Positions 57,484 to 64,000 of a DNA stretch of 64,000 nt are shown here, piece after piece. Each line of letters opens with the position of its first letter. Positions within the stretch are counted from its first letter, which is position 1. This stretch comes from Candidatus Margulisiibacteriota bacterium (GTDB lineage: Bacteria; Margulisbacteria; Riflemargulisbacteria; GWF2-39-127): positions 1,982-65,981 of the forward strand of contig QKMY01000023.1 of assembly GCA_003242895.1 (NCBI GenBank), written 5' to 3'. The translations under genes were made by a program, and so were the position numbers. The notes beneath the pieces were generated by a model. That model was not told the origin of the DNA, searched no databases, and saw only the letters and a list, made by a program, of their open reading frames with translations.

Positions 57484-57823
57484 AACTAACCTCCCTATAC
57501 ATGCAAGTAGCAATTCTGGGTGTGTCTTTTACAACTCTTGTTTGTCAAAGTCAATTGCAAAAGCAGGGTGTAATTTAGCCTCATCCAGCGGAAAGCATTA
57601 TCTGGTACTGATATATGTCACCCCCGCTGCCTTCTCCATCGACGACCTGAGAAGGCTTACAAATATAGCTGCTTATGGGTATCGGTGGTAAATGGGAGAG
57701 ACTGGCGAGACGGAAAATAGATATGGAAGTATTTTCTTTCATCGAGCCGAGCATATATTTTTGATGAAAATAGAGGGAATATTCGTTCAACGGTCGTAGC
57801 GCAGGACGCGTTTAGGCTTAAAA

Positions 57824-58951
57824 CTACTTAAAAGATATAACATCTTGGTATTTGATTCCACTTCTTCGTTTGCGTCCATTATGTGGAACTATTTTTATCA
57901 TGCTATTTTCTAGTTCATTAAGTATTATTTTGATCTCTTTTTCAGTAAAATCTGTTTCGTCAATTATCTTGGAGAGTACTTGTTCGTAAGTATAAGTAGA
58001 ATTTGAAAATATTTCTGTAAATATTCTAATCAACAAATCTTTGTCTATCGATTCGGGGCTGGGAGAAAACAAGCCCATTTGCGTACCATTGTTTCCGGTA
58101 TATTCGGTTTTCCCGTTATTAAACCTACCAAAACTGTCTTTCATTCTCGAACATCCTAGCCAATGATTTGACAGGTGGAATAGATAGTATATTGTTTTGT
58201 CTTGATCAGGATACTTCATTTTATATGGATAAACATACTTGCAAAAGTGCTTGCATTGTTGCCTGAATAAATTAATCATCTGTATTTCTTTTTCATTTTG
58301 GCCACAAAGGTCTCTCCATTCAGTAGTCCCAAAATATTCATCAAAGTGTTTTAAAATTTTTTCATCAGGATGTTCAGTCCATCTATGAATTGAGCTGTAC
58401 ATAAAGTTCAGTAATATCTCAGTTTTGTTGTTTGACATTATCCTTTTGATTGTGCTCATTTTTATATCTTTAAACCCAAACGGATCAATAAGAAAAAATG
58501 TTGGTGCAATATTTTTGCAAGTATCGAGAAATTCATTTATTTCTTTGTCGAAACTACCATTTACTAATAAGAGTTCTCCATAGGTATTAATCCCTTTATA
58601 ATTTATTATTTTTTTAATATTGTTTAAGTTATCATTATCTTGGTCAATTATCATTACATTAACATTGCCAATTCTATTTTCTGCCTGTAGACTATTGATT
58701 GTTTCTAGGGTACGTATTGGTGATCCAAATTGATTCGATAAATACGTACCATTTTTATCTAAACTTGAGTGATAAGCTCCAATACCTCCAAATCCATCAA
58801 TGTAGTTGAGCTTATTACTGAATGTACCAAGTATTTGTAACCAAAGAGGTAGATAATAGCTGAAAACTTTGTGCTTCATTTCTGTTTGGTCTTGATACTC
58901 CCAGGTTTTGAATGGTACATTGTTCCATGATTGAAGTTTTGGACTTCCCAT
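57824..58951 (-). CDS. three-Cys-motif partner protein (TcmP-like); N-terminal region with methyltransferase-like motifs
   Basis: A 375-aa protein. Motifs IDGFGGIGAY and LIDPFGFKD (SAM-MTase motif I/IV-like) are present. It is divergently paired with a Gp37/Gp68-type radical-SAM-like gene, and its coding region is conspicuously AT-rich. Confidence 0.6.
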   Translation of the reverse strand: MGSPKLQSWNNVPFKTWEYQDQTEMKHKVFSYYLPLWLQILGTFSNKLNYIDGFGGIGAYHSSLDKNGTYLSNQFGSPIRTLETINSLQAENRIGNVNVMIIDQDNDNLNNIKKIINYKGINTYGELLLVNGSFDKEINEFLDTCKNIAPTFFLIDPFGFKDIKMSTIKRIMSNNKTEILLNFMYSSIHRWTEHPDEKILKHFDEYFGTTEWRDLCGQNEKEIQMINLFRQQCKHFCKYVYPYKMKYPDQDKTIYYLFHLSNHWLGCSRMKDSFGRFNNGKTEYTGNNGTQMGLFSPSPESIDKDLLIRIFTEIFSNSTYTYEQVLSKIIDETDFTEKEIKIILNELENSMIKIVPHNGRKRRSGIKYQDVISFK

Positions 58952-59079
58952 AATTATCCTTTTGATGTAAAAATAACAATAATTGGATTATATCATAATG
59001 TAATGATTATATGTGAATAGTTTTATATAAATTATTTAGCGATAAAATGTTAGTAGCAAGAGAATAAATGAGGAATAAT

Positions 59080-59910
59080 ATGAGTATTTTAGTAAAAGAG
59101 AAAAATGACACAAATTGTAGAGCAAAGGCAGTTTTTGGTACTGCTGAATGGGCTGCGTATACTGAAAACTTTATTGATGGATGCAAGCATAATTGCAAGT
59201 ACTGTTATAGTAAAGAAATGGCAATAAGATTTCAGCGCAAAACTGCTGATTCCTGGTCTGAGGAAATTGTGAGAAGACGCCAAGTTAACAAAAAGTTTAA
59301 AAAAATGACAGGCACAATAATGTTTCCCTCTTCACATGATATTCATCCTGAAAACTTAACTAGTTCAATGATATTTTTGGAAAACATGTTATATGCTGGT
59401 AATCGTGTATTGATTGTAACTAAACCTCATTTGAGGTGCATAAAGGCTATTTCTGATAAACTATCTTTTTATAAAAATAAAATTCTATTTAGGTTTACAA
59501 TCGGATCTGCTAATAATGAAGTTTTATCATTTTGGGAGCCTGGTGCACCTCTTTATCAAGAGCGTCTAGCATCTCTTCAGTATGCATATAATAACGGATT
59601 CAAAACTAGTTTGTCTTGTGAGCCGATGCTTGATGATAATATTAACCAAGTAATAATTGATACATCGAATTATATTACAGATCATATTTGGATAGGTAAA
59701 GTAAATTTCCTTTTAAGAAGAATAAAAATGAATGGATGTGACGATACTGAAACAATTCGAAGAGCTACAGAATTGTTAAATATTCAGGCTGATAATAATA
59801 TTGTGGATTTGTATAATAATCTAAAGGATAATCCTATTATTAAATGGAAAGAAAGCATAAAGAATGTAGTAGGGATAGAAGTGCCTACTGAAAAGGGTTT
59901 AGATATCTAA
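59080..59910 (+). CDS. Gp37/Gp68 (DUF5131) family radical-SAM-like three-Cys-motif protein
   Basis: The N-terminal TAEWAAYTENFIDGCKHNCKYCYS region matches the family N-terminus and contains a CxxxCxxC cluster. Start taken at the ATG at 59080, which has a GAGGA RBS. The ORF track starts at 59068. Confidence 0.65.
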   Translation: MSILVKEKNDTNCRAKAVFGTAEWAAYTENFIDGCKHNCKYCYSKEMAIRFQRKTADSWSEEIVRRRQVNKKFKKMTGTIMFPSSHDIHPENLTSSMIFLENMLYAGNRVLIVTKPHLRCIKAISDKLSFYKNKILFRFTIGSANNEVLSFWEPGAPLYQERLASLQYAYNNGFKTSLSCEPMLDDNINQVIIDTSNYITDHIWIGKVNFLLRRIKMNGCDDTETIRRATELLNIQADNNIVDLYNNLKDNPIIKWKESIKNVVGIEVPTEKGLDI

Positions 59911-60180
59911 TTCAATTATTTCCCTCGTCATTCCGTGAATATGCTGTGTCACAATTAATCGTATTTATTTGATTTTACTTGTTATTATAACGCCTTAATT
60001 TTGCCCCACCTTCGAAAACAGGAATCTAGCTCTGCATTAAACTAATAAGTATTTCTGAAAGATTTCCCTATGGATACAGGTATGACATAGAATTAGTATT
60101 CGATTGCCATGGCCCGAAAACCTTCCTCCTGTTGACTGAAAAATAGATTTATTATAAAACCGCCTTAAGGGGGGATTATT

Positions 60181-60501
60181 ATGAACAAAATCTATGCTTT
60201 GATTTCAGGTGGATTATTAGTATTTCTTTTGCTTATCAGTCCTGTAAACGCTGTTTCTAAAAATGACGGTAACTGGTCTTTTCAGTTCACTTCCGGGAAT
60301 GCTACGGTCACTGTAAATGTTATAAAAAAGGAAATTAAAAAAGACACCATTTCCTGGCAGGTGTTACTTGATCAGGGTTCCGGGCCTCAGCAGTATGCTG
60401 TCGGGACTTCAAATGCAAAAGGAACCAATGGCACCTGGCGAGTTCTTAGTCCTCAACCGGTACCGGAAAAACTGAAGAAATCAAAACCTGCAAAAAAATA
60501 G
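60181..60501 (+). CDS. small secreted hypothetical protein
   Basis: Has a signal peptide (MNKIYALISGGLLVFLLLISPVNA) and a GGGGGG RBS. Confidence 0.5.
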   Translation: MNKIYALISGGLLVFLLLISPVNAVSKNDGNWSFQFTSGNATVTVNVIKKEIKKDTISWQVLLDQGSGPQQYAVGTSNAKGTNGTWRVLSPQPVPEKLKKSKPAKK

Positions 60502-60523
60502 TTAAGCGGGTATGCGTTTCACC

Positions 60524-60557
60524 GGAGCGGCTGGACTAATCCTATCCGCTCTTTTTT
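60524..60557 (+). terminator. rho-independent terminator after the small secreted gene (overlaps the 3' end of the convergent ATPase gene)
   Basis: The hairpin GAGCGG-15nt-CCGCTC is followed by a T6 run. Confidence 0.45.
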
Positions 60558-63181
60558 CTCGAAATCCACTTGGCAATCTCCATTACAACTATGATCGACA
60601 GGGCAGCGGAAATTGTTTGTACCCATGAGAGAAGTGTTAACGGTGCCGTACCGAAAATATAGTGGAAGAAAGGTACATTTATAACAATTATCTGTGCAAT
60701 AATCGCAATGGTAAGGCTGATAAACAGGAACGGATTTGATAATGGAGGTACCTTGAATATAGATTTCTTAAAGGAACGGGAATTCCAGACGTGGAAGAAT
60801 TGGAGGAACACTGCGGTGTTGAGTGCTGCGGACCTTGCATATCTTAGCCCGGTTCCATTGTTCAGCTCATACCGGTAAATCAGGACCATCGCAAAAGCAG
60901 ATACGATTCCGACCAAAACAATTCCTGAGAGCATTTCACGGTTAATGATATTTTCCCTGGGGTTCCTGGGAGGCCTGTTTGCGATATCTTCTTCTCCTGG
61001 TTCATAGGCAAGCGCTATATCTTGCAATCCATTGGTTACCAGGTTGACCCACAATACCTGTGTTGCAATAAAGGGTAACGGCAAGTCGAGGATAAGGCAT
61101 AGAATAATTGCCAGCGGAATCCCAGCGGCAGTAGCTAATAAGAAAAAAATTACTTTCCTGATATTGTCGTAAATGACTCTTCCGACTTTGACTGCTTCAA
61201 ATATTGACGCAAAATTGTCATCTTTCAATACCATGTCTGCTGCTTCTTTGGCAACATCGGTGCCGGCTTTCCCCATGGCAACGCCTATATTGGCTTTTTT
61301 TAAGGCAGGAGCATCATTAATTCCGTCTCCGGTTACGGCAACAATATTGTTTTTACGTTGCAGCGCATCGACAATGCTAAGCTTGTGTTGAGGAGAAACC
61401 CGAGCATAAACCATGACCTTATTTACGTTCTCTGCTAAGAACGTAACTCCTTTGAGATCTAGTTCTTGTCCTGTAAGCACAATGCCACCCTTTTCAAGAA
61501 TCCCTGTTCGTTCTGCAATTGCAGTAGCAGTGATCTTGTGATCTCCTGTTATCATCACAACCTTTATGCCTGCTATGTGGGCATTTTTGATAGCTTCTAT
61601 AGCTCGGGGTCTTGGCGGGTCTATAATTCCCTGTAATCCAACAAAGCTCAGATTGCGGGTTGCTTCTTGTTCCAGGTCAAATTGCCCTGTATCCAGGCGG
61701 TTTAGTTCTTTTATCCCGAAACCGAGGACCCGCAGCCCTTCTTCTGCCATGCTATGGTATTGTTGCGTGATAATGTGGTTATTCTGCTCGTTGGAAAAAG
61801 CCAGGATCTTTTCTGGTGCGCCTTTAACAAATAATATGTATTTGTTTTCCTGTTTATATAGTGTAGCCATATATTGCCGTTGTGAGCTGAAGGCTATCTC
61901 GTCAACCAGTTGATACCGGCTGTCCGGATCATCCTGGACTATCCCATATTTTATAGCGGAAACAATAAGTGCACCTTCGGTAGGATCTCCATCGATTTTC
62001 CATGTGTTATCTTCCTCATACACTTCGGATGAATTACACAGCAGGCCTGTTAGCAGCAACTCTTCAAGGTCTTTATCCTGCTTAATCGGGCTATCATTAA
62101 AAAAGATCTTTCCCTGCGGATTATAGCCTGTTCCTGATAAAGAGAATTCTTTTCCATTAGCGTACGCTTTGGTTACGGTCATCATGTTTTCAGTAAGAGT
62201 GCCGGTTTTGTCAGAACATATATAGTTGCAGCTGCCTAGGGTTTCTACCGCGATAAGTTTCCTGATAATAGCATTCTTTTCTGCCATGCGTTTTAATCCG
62301 ACTGACATGGTAACCGTTATTACTACCGGAAGTCCTTCCGGGATGATAGCAACAGCCATACTAATCGAAAACAGGATCATATTGTCAACAGGGATGCCTT
62401 CGAACAGCCCTAGAATAAAAACAATTGCCGAGACCGTTACCGATAGTATTCCAACTTTTTTGCTGAAATCTGCCAGCTTTTTTTGTAAGGGGGTTAGTTC
62501 TTTTATTGTACTTTTAACTGATTTTGATATTTTGCCAAGCTCAGTCCGATCACCTGTATTGACAACAACTCCTTTTCCTCTTCCCTTCAAAATCACGGTA
62601 CCCATAAACCCCATGTTGAGCTGATCCGGCAGGGATATGTTTATTCCTGTCATCTCCTGTACCTGTTTTGTTACAGCAGCGGATTCTCCTGTAAACATTG
62701 ATTCGTCGATCTCGATTTCTTTTACTTCGATAAGTCTTATGTCTGCCGGTACTTTATTTCCAGCAGCTATAATAACGATGTCTCCTGGCACCAGATCCTC
62801 AGAACTTATTCTTTGTTCTTGGTTTTCTCTGATAACCGATGCTTTTTGTTCGACGAGTTTCTTTATTGCCTGCATGGCTTTTTCCGCTTTGTATTCTTGA
62901 AATAGTCCCAGCAGGGCGTTAACCGAAATGACCGTGATTATTACGGCAGTATCTATATAATGTTTAATCGAGAGAGTGAATAGTGCTGCAACAAGCAAAA
63001 TATATATCAAAGGGTCCTTGAATTGCTTGAGAAAAATTAGCCATACCTGTTCGGTTTTTTCTTCTTGAATTGAGTTCGGGCCATATTTTTTTTGTCTCTC
63101 ATTGGCTTCTTCACCTGAGAGGCCGTGAAAGTGTGTTTGAAGAGCTTCTAAAACTTCATTTATATTCTTTTGGTAATACAT
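60542..63181 (-). CDS. calcium-translocating P-type ATPase (type IIA, SERCA/PMCA-like)
   Basis: An 879-aa protein with the P-type ATPase motifs CSDKTGTLT, TGDGINDAPALKKANIGVAMG and KGAPE. Confidence 0.9.
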   Translation of the reverse strand: MYYQKNINEVLEALQTHFHGLSGEEANERQKKYGPNSIQEEKTEQVWLIFLKQFKDPLIYILLVAALFTLSIKHYIDTAVIITVISVNALLGLFQEYKAEKAMQAIKKLVEQKASVIRENQEQRISSEDLVPGDIVIIAAGNKVPADIRLIEVKEIEIDESMFTGESAAVTKQVQEMTGINISLPDQLNMGFMGTVILKGRGKGVVVNTGDRTELGKISKSVKSTIKELTPLQKKLADFSKKVGILSVTVSAIVFILGLFEGIPVDNMILFSISMAVAIIPEGLPVVITVTMSVGLKRMAEKNAIIRKLIAVETLGSCNYICSDKTGTLTENMMTVTKAYANGKEFSLSGTGYNPQGKIFFNDSPIKQDKDLEELLLTGLLCNSSEVYEEDNTWKIDGDPTEGALIVSAIKYGIVQDDPDSRYQLVDEIAFSSQRQYMATLYKQENKYILFVKGAPEKILAFSNEQNNHIITQQYHSMAEEGLRVLGFGIKELNRLDTGQFDLEQEATRNLSFVGLQGIIDPPRPRAIEAIKNAHIAGIKVVMITGDHKITATAIAERTGILEKGGIVLTGQELDLKGVTFLAENVNKVMVYARVSPQHKLSIVDALQRKNNIVAVTGDGINDAPALKKANIGVAMGKAGTDVAKEAADMVLKDDNFASIFEAVKVGRVIYDNIRKVIFFLLATAAGIPLAIILCLILDLPLPFIATQVLWVNLVTNGLQDIALAYEPGEEDIANRPPRNPRENIINREMLSGIVLVGIVSAFAMVLIYRYELNNGTGLRYARSAALNTAVFLQFFHVWNSRSFKKSIFKVPPLSNPFLFISLTIAIIAQIIVINVPFFHYIFGTAPLTLLSWVQTISAALSIIVVMEIAKWISRKKSG

Positions 63182-63428
63182 GGTGTTCTCCTGTTCGGAG
63201 GTTTTAATACGCTATAGAAAAATTGTAAATAGAATTTATAGGCAGAAAGTTAAGAATGTAACTTCATAACTATTTATTTTACACAGGGATAGCTATTAGA
63301 ATCGATACTAATGGTAGCCTGGAAGATAGACCCGGATCATAGGCTAATGTTAAGATGAAATATAGCTGCTCAGTTAGCAACGGGTATTAACAATTGCGAA
63401 CGGGCAATAACATTAGGAGGATAAATGT

Positions 63429-64000
63429 GTGAATAAAAAAAACAGAACAAAAACTTTTTCGTTTGTACTGTTACTGCTGCTGATTTTTGGCCTAATGGGG
63501 TTTGACTTAATAACCAGATCTGATGCAGTTGAGGCAGCAACCCCGAACCAGGTTTTGAGATTTGTGCAATTGACAGACGTGCACATTGATCTTCGTGATA
63601 AACCATCTGGGAAAAGGCTGCTTTCACAATCAAGAGGTTTATTGGCTAATGCGGTGGCTACGATTAACAGTATGAATGTTGATTTTGCAGTCTTCTCCGG
63701 CGATTCCATTAACTCGCCCAGGGAGAAATCCCTTACTTCTTTTGCTCAGATAGCCAGCCAATTGAATTGTCCCTGGTATGTTGCTCTGGGGAATCATGAC
63801 ATCGCCGTATACGGCAGTCTTACGAAAGGTAAGTTTTTTGAGCTGCTGAATCAGGTTAACAGGTTTCAGAAGAACACTTCTCCCTATTATAGTTTTGTAC
63901 CCAAAAAAGGCTATCTAATAGTTGTGATGGATGGTGTGATTGATTCCAGAGCTACTGCTCATGGCAATTTTGACCGTCAACAATTAAACTGGCTGGAAGA
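63429..64000 (+). CDS. metallophosphoesterase (calcineurin-like), N-terminal fragment running off the window
   Basis: A GTG start lies 8 nt after a GGAGG RBS, followed by a signal/TM segment. Calcineurin-like motifs are present: LTDVHID, FSGDSIN, GNHD. Confidence 0.6.
   Translation, partial: MNKKNRTKTFSFVLLLLLIFGLMGFDLITRSDAVEAATPNQVLRFVQLTDVHIDLRDKPSGKRLLSQSRGLLANAVATINSMNVDFAVFSGDSINSPREKSLTSFAQIASQLNCPWYVALGNHDIAVYGSLTKGKFFELLNQVNRFQKNTSPYYSFVPKKGYLIVVMDGVIDSRATAHGNFDRQQLNWLE

Noticed and set aside
63370-63709. Two minus-strand ORFs (87 and 98 aa) at the window end
   Set aside because: The plus strand here encodes a clear metallophosphoesterase with a GTG start and a GGAGG RBS. The minus ORFs are antisense artefacts.

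Overview
This window looks like a low-GC (about 38-40% by eye) bacterial chromosomal segment of roughly 55 protein-coding genes with tight operon packing. I found no rRNA, tRNA or CRISPR array. The gene content suggests a diderm, probably anaerobic organism, based on an AMIN-domain amidase, MotA/MotB, a large secreted protein ending in Phe, a hemerythrin and a Re-citrate-synthase-type TCA branch. I do not attempt to name the lineage.

Recognisable blocks, in window order:
- A sigma54 enhancer-binding protein fragment convergent with a 7TM sensor histidine kinase that carries a good sigma54 (-24/-12) promoter.
- An oxidative-TCA/fumarase operon: citrate-synthase-like enzyme, LeuCD-type aconitase, icd, two-subunit class I fumarase and a 5-formyl-THF cyclo-ligase. 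The citrate-synthase-like enzyme carries an unexpected C-terminal Cache/PAS-like domain.
- A GH57 glycoside hydrolase.
- A cell-wall block (VanZ, AmiC-like amidase, murI), then queD-queC and cfa.
- A lytic transglycosylase, typA, an RCK K+ channel and a CHASE2 nucleotidyl cyclase.
- A four-gene secreted operon: FN3-repeat protein, FecR-domain protein, a putative outer-membrane barrel and a hypothetical.
- A translationally coupled five-gene operon of unknown function: permease, hydantoinase-like protein, NanE-like TIM barrel, DUF4127-like protein and FAD oxidoreductase.
- A bacterial SET-domain protein, a hemerythrin, motAB, mreB and pssA-psd.
- A PL1 pectate-lyase-like gene next to a UDP-glucuronate 4-epimerase.
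- A pterin operon (folE-folK-folB-SDR-PCD-FAD oxidoreductase) with no hydroxylase in the window.
- An AT-rich two-gene island: a three-Cys-motif partner protein (TcmP-like) divergent from a Gp37/Gp68-type radical-SAM-like protein.
- A P-type Ca2+-ATPase and a partial metallophosphoesterase at the window end.

Candidate novel biology is concentrated in the TcmP/radical-SAM pair, the five-gene unknown operon, the Cache-fused citrate synthase, the orphan pterin recycling operon, and two non-coding oddities: a 20-bp inverted repeat bracketing a hairpin-rich 186-bp segment, and a GC-rich leader.
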